A DNA stretch of 29,010 nt from NCBI GenBank assembly GCA_024626585.2, contig JANKJI020000004.1, positions 149,259,734 through 149,288,743 of the forward strand, given 5' to 3'. This DNA comes from Ginkgo biloba. Lineage: Eukaryota > Plantae > Ginkgophyta. Under the pieces are notes generated by a model. It saw only the letters and a program-made list of their open reading frames with translations, did no database searches and was not told the origin of the DNA. The position numbers and the translations under genes are program-made. Numbering within the stretch: position 1 is the first letter of the stretch; every line of letters begins with the position of its first letter. Below are positions 1 through 11,431 of the stretch, in pieces.

Positions 1-2959
1 GTGGTAGTAATCATAAGAGGATATGAACCCATGGTGAATGGAATCAAAGAAGTGAAATTTTTTACTATAGGTACTATAGAGGATCCAAGTTGCATCATAA
101 ACAACACTCAATTACATTTGCTGATGTCGATAATATTATAGCTATCATCTTGGGTAGCCAAGACACACTCTCTATATGAACTAAAGACATGTGCTAAGCT
201 ACTAGAAATGGTATGGATAGATGAGAAGACCTCTTATTTACCTTTATATTCAACTCTAAGGACAATAATTAAATCAAAATGCAATATATGTCTTGAGGTA
301 TATGCTCAAGAATAGATGCATTAGGATTACTAGCCCAAACCAAGTATAAATGTTAATGCCATGATCATTGCTACTCGAGATATAAAATTAACTTATCAAT
401 GCCCAGATTATTGGATTTATATTAGTTAAATATTTACAAATAGACTAAATGATTACCTTCTTTATTCCAGTGAGTTGGGCTTCAATTTTGCAATGTAGTG
501 GCCAAAAGGCAATGAAAACTTTAGGGTTTTCTTTCCCCCTAAGAATCATATTCAATACATATACAACATCCTCCTAATTAGACTCTATCCATTGTGATAT
601 GAAACCATCTAAAAGGGTGGTTCATAGTGCTAAGACTCCATTCATTATTCATTGATCAGTGTAATAGTGTTGGTTGAAGGAGAAGCATGTTAATTATTCA
701 TGTTACAAGTATGGGTCCAATGCAACATAAGCTCAACATTGAGGTTGAAAGGTAGGATTCACCCAATAATACCACTCCATTAATTCCAAAATAAGAATGT
801 GCATTACTGATGATGCTAGGAAGTATGGACCAATCTATTAGGTAAAAATGTAGAATTCATTGTGTCACATAACATACCACTCAACCTAGTTATAAACCNN
901 NNNNNNNNNNNNNNNNNNNNNNNNNNNNNNNNNNNNNTCCATTTGATTGAAATATATATACTAATATCTCCATGGGAGAGATTTTTAAGAAATTATTCTC
1001 ATAGTCCATAAATCTCTAATTCATTACAAATTGAGTACATGACATTAATGATTTTGGCCTTAGTAGTATATTTCACCTTGGTCCTAGGATCGACAACTCT
1101 GCCATTTTTTTCCTAGTACAATAGAAATAGTATTAGTATTATCATCACTAATTTAAAGGTCCCCATCCTCAGACCATCTCAATAACTCCACCATTTCTAT
1201 CTACTCCATGAATACGATATTCAATGCTACTATGTATATTAAGTCGACTGCTTATAGAAATTGGTACCTAGGCTAATGTCTACCATTAATTAAGGATGTG
1301 AATTCTACCCACTTATCCACAAAAAAACTAAGGTCATCCTATATAACCTCATGAGTTTATAATGGCACCATGTTAATAATATCTCAATTAAATATAATAC
1401 TCCTACTCAAATTCACTTAATTCAAATAGTAGAAAGCTCGTCAAACTAACTTGCACCTTAGATATAAATTATCTTGAGTATTCAAAGTGTAATAAAGATA
1501 TATTATTATATTGATCAAGTATTTATAATGAAAATTAATCATAGGATCTTTCTACTTTGAACTATTAATATTTATTCTAGATATCATATAAGATTTAGTA
1601 CCTCAAATCCATACATATTAGACCATGTCTCTACTTCTGTAACTGTCTTGAACTAGTATGGATGGGAATCCAAGTCTTAAGTAAAGAACTTCATAACATC
1701 CATACCCAACCCCACAATGATAATACTAATACTTCACATCTTTTAATCATTTGGAAATAATTAAGTAGTTTCCATCTAGTGGGCAATACTACACATGTCC
1801 TAATATTTCTATGCTAATGAAGGCTAAGGAAATACTGCTTATCACATCTCATGTTATATGATTGCTTGTCTAATAAGGTATAAAAAATAACCCTTCATTC
1901 ATAAGTGTGCCATCCTTGTTGTAACTCTATCATTTCCATATATTTTGCATTCACAATCATGTCTAATGTTGTTAGGTTATCATATGACCATCTGATGTGT
2001 TCTCCTTAGACCCTAATGTACCAAATGTTCCTAACTAGGGTAGGGAAGGAATATTCTAAAGTGATTCCTATANNNNNNNNNNNNNNNNNNNNNNNNNNNN
2101 NNNNNNNNNNNNNNNNNNNNNNNNNNNNNNNNNNNNNNNNNNNNNNNNNNNNNNNNNNNNNNNNNNNNNNNNACTCAGTCGCAATTTAGGACTTCTTGAA
2201 AAATGGACAGAAATCATGACTTTTGGGATCCAAAACGGATCAGGAAATAGGGTGGGACTCCTTGTAACAGGAAGAATGCATACGATAAGGACTCTAGTCC
2301 TTCATTGTATAGAGGGGAGAGGAGTGTCCATCATTTGGCTAAGGATATTGTAGACAATATAAATGCACACTTTGAAGCCTTAGAGGAAGTAGTAAATCAA
2401 ATGAAGGATAAAATGTCTAGCCTCAGGGAGGTGATCTAGACCATCACCTCAACAAGACTCCATGTGATATATTAGTTGGCTCATATGGGGACTCGAGAAA
2501 AATATAAGTTAAATAAGTTTAAATCTCTAAAGAAATCCATGTTGAACCTCACTAAATCGGTGTTGATGCTACCCAAACAAGTGGGTCAAAGATAGTCTAC
2601 AGGAAAGTTGATGAAGGGAATCGGGAAGTGGATAAAGACTCCAAAGTCTAAGAGACAAACGAATAAAAACCTAGAGGTAAAAAGATCTTATTCCATTTGA
2701 CGAAATTGCTATATGTGGAGAAGGCATCTATTTTACCTATATTTTTGGGCTCCTTAGATCATGTACATTCTAAAATAGTAATTTACTATTTTTATATATA
2801 CCTCCTAAATTTTAGGGGCACCTCCTTAAATTTTAGAAATCATGCAAATGTCTTCTTTAAGTCTTATCTTTCCCTTTGTGTCCACTAAAGCTTCCAAATT
2901 TTTCATTATCTCCTACACAGATGAACCCTACTATTACTGGAAACCACTCAATTGAATCC

Positions 2960-3290
2960 ATTCATACTAACATAAAATCACTACATTAGAGATAATAAGA
3001 AAAGGCTAGCCTAGTAATAATGAGAAGGAATTCACCTTCAATATATACACCACGATAAAACACACCTTATCCAAGACTATATCCACCTCCATAATGGCAT
3101 GCTTGCTCAAACCCTTTGGAGAAATTTACTTGTAATCAAAAGATACCAAAGTGATTAGGCATGAATCTATAATATTCAAGACTAACTTGTCCATAATAAG
3201 TAGTGGAATAATGTTAACTAAGGATCCACCATCATCCACTACATCCTATAGAACTTATCCCCTAATTGAGGTTGAAATAATAAATTCCCC
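2960..3290 (-). mobile_element. Degenerate Ty3/gypsy (Athila/Tat-like) aspartic protease domain
   Basis: Minus-strand translation EFIISTSIRG*VL*DVVDDGGSLVNIIPLLIMDKL...ITLVSFDYK*ISPKG...FSLLLG*PFLIISNVVI matches the retrotransposon protease pattern (D-x-G-S-S-V-N-I-M-P ... LLLGRPFL). It contains several in-frame stops. Confidence 0.75.
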
Positions 3291-3724
3291 TCACTCTGAA
3301 CTCGTATATAACACCTCAAAGAATATCCATATGGATACCCCCATTTTAAGTTCCCTACTTAGAACTGACACCAATTTTAAAAGTTGAGGGCTAGTTATAC
3401 TATCCCTCAAAACTAACATATCATCCCATAAAGAGTAATTAAATGTTGAATAAGTGATTATTGACTAAGAATAACAAGATCCAACCTCTAGCGTAGGGAT
3501 AAAAATATAATTATACACGGATCCACTGACCTAATTTGATCACCACTAGATTCTACCAAATTGAGAGAATTAACCATATATGGAAATTTTAAAATGGAAT
3601 GAATTGCACTTATTAGTGGTATNNNNNNNNNNNNNNNNNNNNNNNNNNNNNNNNNNNNNNNNNNNNNNNNNNNNNNNNNNNNNNNNNNNNNNNNNNNNNN
3701 NNNNNNNNNNNNNNNNNNNNNNAT

Positions 3725-3862
3725 AGGGAGATTGAGATAATGTATAGAATAATAGAAGAACAAGTGGTTGACATCTTCACCAAACCTTTAGCTCAGGAAA
3801 AAATCCAGAAGTTTAGAGATGGGATAGGTTTCAAGATTAATGATATAAACATTAAGGGTGAA
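3725..3862 (+). mobile_element. Ty1/copia RNase H C-terminus followed by polypurine tract
   Basis: Translation REIEIMYRIIEEQVVDIFTKPLAQEKIQKFRDGIG matches the copia pol end (EQxADIFTKPL...FR..LG). It is followed by the purine tract AAGGGTGAA immediately before TGTT at 3863. Confidence 0.85.
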
Positions 3863-4164
3863 TGTTATAATAATTAATAGTTACATCAATCTCATAACAT
3901 AATATTGTGAGACCCTTTTATTTATTGTAATATTATATTATTAAAGGGATGAGTCATTAAGGGACCATTCCTAAGTGTGACACTTCTCGAGAGTTACAAG
4001 ACATACGATAAGTTCCTAATTAGACCATTACATAGGTTTATATGTATATATACTTATCGACATTTGAGATTGTAACACAAATGATTTAGAAATATAATGG
4101 TAGACCAATCCTACCAGATATTCTCTATTGTGAGTTCTTATTTTATTGTTCCTTATTTATAATA
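3863..4164 (+). repeat. Putative 3' LTR of the copia element (~300 bp)
   Basis: Starts TGTTATAA right after the PPT. The candidate end TTATAATA (4157-4164) is the inverted terminus with CA>TA decay. An internal TATA-like TATATATA lies at ~4045. Confidence 0.55.
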
Positions 4165-4457
4165 TTTGGTGTCTTAAAGTTGCATGTATTGGGTTATCCC
4201 TTCACTCTTAAAAATTCCTTGAACTAACATGGATGAGAAGTGTTACAGCCTAGAAAATTTTGGTTAATAATGCCTTGTTAACCAGTTCAAAATAAAAGGT
4301 ATCTTTGAAAGAAATATGATGTATCTTTCAGTAATTAATAATCATCGTAGAAGAGGTCATTTTGAGAAAGAAGGGTAATAAGAGATTACCTAGGGAGATG
4401 TGCTAGTTAAGGGTGCCTCCATACACAATGTAAATTCAGCCACAGAGTTAAACCTTG

Positions 4458-5167
4458 AGGGCCTCTTAGAGTATAGGGGAGCTTCAAGGACAAGTTAGGC
4501 CTTAAATGGGGGTTAGTACTTCTCCTACTATATTTATATAAATGATTGTTATCGTAGAGATCATCTTTAGTCATCATTATTCTGTTTTGGAGAAGGCAAG
4601 TTTGTTCTAACTATGTTTGCATTATAGTGGCTGCAAAACCCTCTTGTTGGAAGTCATTGTTTTAGGGCATTATCCTTTTCTATACTCTGGAAGTTGGGTG
4701 AATTGCTTTCTGAGGTACTTTTGTACCCTTTCATCGGAGGAAATTACTCTAAATAGGTTTCAAAGCAAGGGCAACTCATTTGGAAGGGTTAAATCTAGTT
4801 TCTGCACACTTTAAAGGCCTAGCGAACCCCATATTAGAAGTCGCAACACTTTTTGCAACCCAACAAACCCAATTTGTACCTGTAGAGCAACCAGAATCAA
4901 GTTGCAACCCAATCGTTGCACTTTGAGGGTCCCACAGGTGATGTCATACAACAAATTCTTGATCTGGAATCATTCTTGCATCATTTCTTTCAAGTAAGTC
5001 TTACAAACTGTAAGCACAATTCTATCGAGATTTATTTATTTATGATTACAGAATTGTTGTATGAACAATTTATAATGATTTATGCAAAAAATCGATTTTC
5101 TATTTTGCATGGTTGTGATAGAGGGTTTTGTATCCAACTAATTGTTGAATTAGGAACCTTAGGGCAA
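4458..5167. repeat. Diverged direct repeat, copy A (LTR-like)
   Basis: Colinear similarity with 5268-5975, e.g. GGGCCTCTTAGAGTAT...GGGGGTTAGT...TATTTATATA, GCAACCCAACAAACCCAATTT, GATGTCATACAAC, GATTTATGCAAAAAA. Confidence 0.8.
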
Positions 5168-5267
5168 NNNNNNNNNNNNNNNNNNNNNNNNNNNNNNNNN
5201 NNNNNNNNNNNNNNNNNNNNNNNNNNNNNNNNNNNNNNNNNNNNNNNNNNNNNNNNNNNNNNNNNNN

Positions 5268-5975
5268 TAGGGGCCTCTTAGAGTATGGGGGAGATTCAAG
5301 GATAAGTCATACCTTAAGTGGGGGTTAGTGATTCTCCTCTTGTATTTATATAGATGGTTCTTATCATCTTTGATCATTATTATTCCATTCTAGACTATTT
5401 AATTACATTATAGTGGCTAAAGAACCCGCTGGATAGAAGTCATTATTTTATGTCATTTTCACACTAGAGATTGGGGGAANNNNNNNNNNNNNNNNNNNNN
5501 NNNNNNNNNNNNNNNNNNNNNNNNNNNNNNNNNNNNNNNNNNNNNNNNNNNNNNNNNNNGGAGGGGTCAAATATAGTTTCTAAGAACATTGAAAGCATAA
5601 CACACCCTATACAGCAAGTCACAACACTTTATGCAACCCAACAAACCCAATTTATGCACATAGAATTCATAGAATCAAGTCACATTCCTATCTCTACACT
5701 TTGGAGGTCCTACAAATGATGTCATACAACTTATATTTTTTATGGAATCTTTGTTGCTCTATATTTTCTNNNNNNNNNNNNNNNNNNNNNNNNNNNNNNN
5801 NNNNNNNNNNNNNNNNNNNTAGCCCAAATTTATTTATATATGATTATGGAACTATTGTATGAATAGTTTATAGAGATTTATGCAAAAAAATCAAATTTTA
5901 TTTTTTAGTATGGTTATTTTTAGAGGTTTTGTGCTCGGCTAATGGCTAAAATAGAAGCCTCTAGGAAAGGAACCC
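5268..5975. repeat. Diverged direct repeat, copy B (LTR-like)
   Basis: Same blocks as 4458-5167, separated from copy A by a 100-N gap. Confidence 0.8.
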
Positions 5976-6629
5976 TTAGGCATAAGGTTTATTTATGATT
6001 TACTCATATAAATTTTGTATTATTATGCATGTCTACTTTTAGATTTCTTTCTTTTCTAATTACCTAAATATCATAGTGATTCAACCTAGGGAAATGCATG
6101 TGTCATGTTGAGACAATATGGGGGATAATTTGATTCCCTATAATAGAGCAACTCTATTAGAGGAATTTATTATCCCATTTATGGATATGTTTGGGTTTAT
6201 TGATAATTATTTTTACTAAGATATCTAGGTGGAGGCCTAAGCTCCATCCTATCAGTTGTAGTTATTGGTGTAGTTTTAGGGTTAATGGGTATTGGTGCAG
6301 TAATTAGGGTATGGCTTATTGTTGTATCTATACATGCATGGTATTTTGTCACAATCATGAAATAGTTAGGGGTTTTCAGTCTAGGAATGTTATTGTATAC
6401 CTAGGGTTTAAACAAGGTATTCATAACTATCAATAAAGGATGATTAGTCCTCTTGACTTAGAGGTTATTAATGATAAAGAATGTCTAGTTTAGCCTATGC
6501 TTGGAATACTCCTCTAGTGCAAGATTGAGNNNNNNNNNNNNNNNNNNNNNNNNNNNNNNNNNNNNNNNNNNNNNNNNNNNNNNNNNNNNNNNNNNNNNNN
6601 NNNNNNNNNNNNNNNNNNNNNNNNNNNNN

Positions 6630-7870
6630 TGTTCTCAAGCTTCCTTTCTTTTTAATGGAGTGACTAAAAAAGAATTTTTGGAGGCAGTAAGACTTTGGCT
6701 ATCCCTCCTTATTTTTGCCAACTAATCCCTTAGGCAGAGGATAAGTTAATAGGGTCATCACTAGAAAAAACAAGGCATGATAGAATGATCTTAAGTGTCT
6801 GACTTTTATTGACATGACATCGGTCAAGAATCTAAGAGCAAAATAGGTCACAAAATTATATATTTTATCATTCTAAACAATATCATAAATAATCCTTGAT
6901 AATCTGATTGGAAAATTGAGGATATTGGAGGCTCTTATGAGCTTGAGAATGCCTAAAGAAATCACCTTATATGATCAATCGATGATTGTCGCCATGTCTA
7001 CCTTAATTAGAGTATTTTTATTAATTGTATTCAAGGCCCTATCTAAGACAGTGAGGGCCATATCATATATTTTTTTCTCAAACCATCTCTATTCTTGGTT
7101 AAAGTTGATTAGGTTTCCAATATTGAGGATCTCGAACAATCATTCTACTAAGTCTGTGTCACATATGATGAACCTGCAATCAATATAGAAGCCATCAAGA
7201 TCCATTACATAACCAAGTTAGTATGGTTCCCTAGCTTGGGGACCAAGAGGATCTTATAAGCTTGATTCTTGGCTATGACTCACTATAATGAAGCTTAAGT
7301 TGTCGCAAGCTAATTCTCACAAGCAATCCTATAAGATGCCCAAGAATACTTATCAAAACCGTGAGGAATTGCATCATTAGTATTAAGCTTGGTAAAAATA
7401 TCCATTGTAAAGGGTTTGGTTGCTTAGAATCACTCACAATAGAATACTTATATCATGGAAGAGATGAACAAAGATTTTCTTGCACCAAACGGATTTAAAG
7501 TTAGCCGCACTTAAAGGCTTTATATAGCCTTTGTGATTTTTTCTCCTCACAATAGGTGTGTTAATGACGCACAATCTTCTGGTTGAGCCATCTTTTATAG
7601 TGTCGTATGGATATGTAATATGCAATCTTTGAAAACTATTCAATGGTATGGTTCATATGTGATGCGAGTGCAGATGGCTACTACATCATATAGTTATGAN
7701 NNNNNNNNNNNNNNNNNNNNNNNNNNNNNNCGACATTCCCATTATGCCTTAAGTCATCGATGTGTCGCGTCTAGTCATAAATATGCAAGATTCATGATCT
7801 CACATAGAATTGAGCTTGTTGTGATAATAGCCATCTTCTTGTGAAGGGGAACTTTTCAACAATTGAATGT
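6630..7870. mobile_element. Possible highly decayed LINE remnants
   Basis: Weak motif matches only: + strand FLFNGVTKKEF (RT 'NG..FF' region) at ~6650, - strand DLDGFY...LIKVDMAT (ORF1-like) at ~6990-7210, and + strand HLLVKGN (RNase H-like L.VEGD) at ~7830-7855. Confidence 0.3.
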
Positions 7871-8375
7871 CGACCTACTTTAAAAAAAATTAAAAAATCT
7901 TGCCTTAATTTAATCTGCAAAACATACTTTAATCCTAGTTACCGATAAGTGCGAAGTGGCCATTAATCATATAAGTTCAAATTTAAAGATAATGCCCTTT
8001 GTAGTATATCTTCCTTGTGGCAATATGTCCTTTGGCTTACAATTTGTTATTCGTGACCATATTCCCTAATTCCTTTTCTTTCTTTCTTTTTCCCCTAAGA
8101 ATGGATCTTTACAATTTTCCATTTATAGTGAAAACAGTGTAGAATTTGAAGTGACTAGTGTCATTGGCTTGGACATTAGTGTCCTATGTTTAGAATGCTT
8201 TCAACATATCACTTCAATTTTTTTTCTTCAAAGGATTATGTTTACCCTTTATTTCTCCCCCTTTTTTTTGGTTGCTTCATAACATCATTGTATTTTTAAG
8301 AAGCTAGCTAGCTTCATAATATCATAATATTTATTTAGTTTGTACCATTGCCCTTTCCTAATTGGTGACAAGTTT

Positions 8376-8427
8376 CTCCGTAAACTTAATTTCAAATAAC
8401 GCTCCGTTAACTTAATCTAAAATAACG
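8376..8427. repeat. 26-bp tandem duplication upstream of ASCL
   Basis: CTCCGTAAACTTAATTTCAAATAACG / CTCCGTTAACTTAATCTAAAATAACG. Confidence 0.85.
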
Positions 8428-8739
8428 TTAAAAGCCAAGTTACTTTCGGAATGCTGTTTGTCGTGGGTTCGTTTGAAGAGCATCACATTTGTGCGAAAGC
8501 TTAAAGTTGACTTGGAANNNNNNNNNNNNNNNNNNNNNGGGACGATATTTGTAAATATGGTGATTAAAAATAAGTCATCTTATGGTGTAAATAATGGTTT
8601 ATAGAATAACCAGTTAAAAAGATGTTAGCAGTAGAGATAGAGCAGCCACGCAGGAAGCATTTCAAAACTTTATAATTTCGTTGACCAAGAATTCAACAGA
8701 CATCACGACTCGCCCACAACTGCAAATGTAACCTTACCT

Positions 8740-9153
8740 GCTTTTGTTAAATTCGGTTAAATCGGGTTAAATTAAGTTACACAGAGACACTTCCACTGCA
8801 CTTTGACTCCCGTGCAACCCAATGNNNNNNNNNNNNNNNNNNNACACATACAATTTATCCATTCTGGTTCTCCGTGCAAGAATTATATGGTCATTCATAC
8901 ACCATGCACGTGCAACCAAATCAACAGTGACAAGAAAAAAGCCGAACTGTTGCAGATCTCGTACCGCACACATTTGGCATTCTCCACCTACTTCGTCTCT
9001 CGAAGTTCCCATGGCCGAATGTTAATGTGATCGGCATACTACTTAAAGAGCGAGTGCCTTTGAATTGTTCGCAGCAGAGTTTCATTATTTGCGAGTATTT
9101 TCTAATCTGTTCGGCTTTTTTGCCTTTTTTTGGCGGTGTGCATTCTTCTCAAG
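8740..9153 (+). promoter_or_regulatory. Putative ASCL proximal promoter / 5' UTR
   Basis: CpG-retaining, non-repeat sequence just 5' of the ATG. It contains GTTAAAT x3 (8746, 8756, 8766), CGTGCAA x3 (8811, 8873, 8909), a G-box CACGTG (8907-8912), an AC-element-like CACCTAC (8985-8991) and a TATA-like TACTTAAA (~9040). Function is inferred. Confidence 0.45.
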
Positions 9154-9343
9154 ATGACGAGCAGCGAGTCGAATGGAGTGATGGCCAAGTCCTCTCGTTC
9201 ACACAGGCCGGGAAAGACGACGGCCCTGGCTTTCGGGAAGGCTTTTCCGGACCAGCTTGTAATGCAGGAATTTCTGGTGGAAGGCTACTTCAAGAATACC
9301 AAATGCGAAGACCCCGCTCTCAAGCAGAAGCTGGAGAGGCTCT
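9154..9343 (+). CDS. ASCL/type III PKS exon 1
   Basis: MTSSESNGVMAKSSRSHRPGKTTALAFGKAFPDQLVMQEFLVEGYFKNTKCEDPALKQKLERL(C). Donor GTAAGT at 9344. Confidence 0.92.
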
Positions 9344-9498
9344 GTAAGTGCATTTCTCTTTAGAAAAATTAAATTATTTAGCCCCCCTGCAATTCTTTCT
9401 ATCTAAATTATTAGCCCCCCCTGCAATTATTACCCTCTAGAGGCTCTGTAAGTGCATTTCTCTTTAGAAAAAATAAATCATCAGCGCCCTGCAATTCT
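9335..9498 (+). repeat. Local duplication of the exon1/intron1 junction
   Basis: AGAGGCTCTGTAAGTGCATTTCTCTTTAGAAAAA is at 9335-9368 and again at 9439-9472. There are also three copies of an AAAT(T/C)AT..AGC(C)nTGCAATT unit. Confidence 0.9.
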
Positions 9499-10577
9499 NN
9501 NNNNNNNNNNNNNNNNNNNNNNNNNNNNNNNNNNNNNNNNNNNNNNNNNNNNNNNNNNNNNNNNNNNNNNNNNNNNNNNNNNNNNNNNNNNNNNNNNNTA
9601 AAATTTTGCTATGTTTAGTTCTCATTATAGTGTTCCAAATGGGAAACTACTTAAATAAAATAGTGACTTTAACAATTTATAAATAAAAATAATATATAAA
9701 TAGTCAAATAAGTAAAATAATCCATCTAGGATACCAGGGCACTATTTACCAGATTTTGTGTACCCTAGGAAAAATAAAGTTTTGACCAAATCACCCAAGT
9801 TAAGGGTCACACAAAATTGGGATAAACATAGGAGTTAAAATCCCTCTACTATTGTTAGGGGCAACTCCCTTGAATATTCACAAATATACAAAGAGTGGAA
9901 ACATATTGAAACTATTTACAAACATATTCACACTGTACATAAGGAATGGTGTTATTTGTATATAACATGAACTAGTAACAGATAATGACAAATGTAAGGA
10001 AAATCTAGAAAATATGTTACCTGACTTAGGTAACAAAGTAAGGTTTAAGATTGATGAGGAAATGAATATTGAGATAGAATATCTTTGAGCACCCTCATAG
10101 GGATACCTCTCAGTAATATAAAGTAGGTCCCTTGGGTTTTAATAATGGGACATAATAACTTGAACTATCAATCCCTTTAAATAACAAGCCTTCAGAATCA
10201 CTAGTCTTGATCACCTTCTAACAACTCTCAAAAGAAGACTGATACAATTACAACACATAAGAATAAACGATTCTTAAGATTTCACTTTAANNNNNNNNNN
10301 NNNNNNNNNNNNNNNNNNNNNNNNNNNNNNNNGATTTCAAAGGATTTTGGATTGATTCCTCATAACATCAAGAAGAAAAATAGATAAAACATGTTGGTAT
10401 GCATAAAACTTACAAATAAGGAATTATTCTTAAAAATCATGCCAACAACACTCAACATTCATAATGAAAATAACTTCCCTTAAGATATGTTTGAGGGCAA
10501 ATGATGAAGGTCAGTTACCCTCTATTAGCACTCTTTAGTCTCGTATCTGACATTAGATGCCATATTTCTGATTGCAG

Positions 10578-11155
10578 GCAAAACCACAACGGTGAAGACT
10601 CGGTATACAGTAATGTCGGAAGAGATTCTGAAGCAGTACCCTGAGCTGGCGGTGGAAGGAGCCCCTACGGTTGGCCAGAGACTGGAGATCTCAAACGAGG
10701 CCGTAACGGAACTGGCGGTGGAAGCGAGCCTCAACTGCATCAAAGAATGGGGAAGACCCGTGACGGAAATCACTCACCTCGTCTACGTCTCTTCCAGCGA
10801 AGTCCGTCTACCGGGCGGTGACCTTTATCTCGCCACCAAGCTTGGCCTGCGCAATGACGTAAGCAGAGTCCTGCTCTACTTCCTGGGCTGCTACGGTGGC
10901 GTGACTGGCTTACGTGTCGCCAAAGATTTGGCGGAAAATAATCCCGGAAGCCGCGTGTTGCTTGCCACGTCAGAAACCACCATTCTCGGCTTCCGCCCCC
11001 CAAATGCGGATCGGCCTTACGACTTGGTCGGCGCTGCCCTATTCGGTGACGGGGCTGGAGCCATGATATTGGGGACGGATCCTCTGCCACGTGTGGAGTG
11101 GGGCTTCTTTGAGCTCGATTGGGCTGTTAGGGAGTTTTGTCAAAAACTCATATGA
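10578..11155 (+). CDS. ASCL/type III PKS exon 2, open portion (ends at frameshift-derived TGA)
   Basis: Acceptor TTGCAG ends at 10577. Translation KTTTVKTRYTVMSEEIL...THLVYVSSSEVRLPGGDLYLA...FLGCYGGVTGLRVAKDLAENNPGSRVLL...RPYDLVGAALFGDGAGA is typical of ASCL/LAP5/LAP6. Confidence 0.92.
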
Positions 11156-11431
11156 CAATTAATGGAAGTTTGATGGAGGGGGGAATCAACTTCAAGCTTG
11201 GAAGAGACTTGCCTTAGATAATTGAGGATCATATTGAGGGCTTATGCTAGAAGTTGATGAAAAAGACGGGAATAGAGGAGTGCAATGAATTGTTTTGGGC
11301 TATGCACCTTGGAGGGCCTGCTATTTTGAATCCGTTGGAGAAGAGCCTGAATCTCGGGTCATAGAAATTACAGGCCAGTCAGCAAGCATTGACGGATTAT
11401 GATAATGTGAGTAGTATTACAATAGTTTATG

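Noticed and set aside
1-2072. Possible retroelement coding remnants
   Set aside because: The region is CpG-depleted and repeat-like, but I could not recover a diagnostic motif on either strand.
10525-11090. Antisense ORFs 10525-10773 and 10770-11090, and overlapping ORF 9027-9347
   Set aside because: These are shadow frames of GC-rich ASCL coding sequence with no independent support.
10592-11155. 187-aa ORF as a standalone complete chalcone synthase
   Set aside because: It starts at an internal GTG of exon 2 and ends at a frameshift-derived stop. The motifs are ASCL-type, not CHS.
11215-11364. ASCL stops repaired by RNA editing or readthrough
   Set aside because: This is a nuclear gene with a frameshift and truncation as well, and U-to-C editing is organellar.
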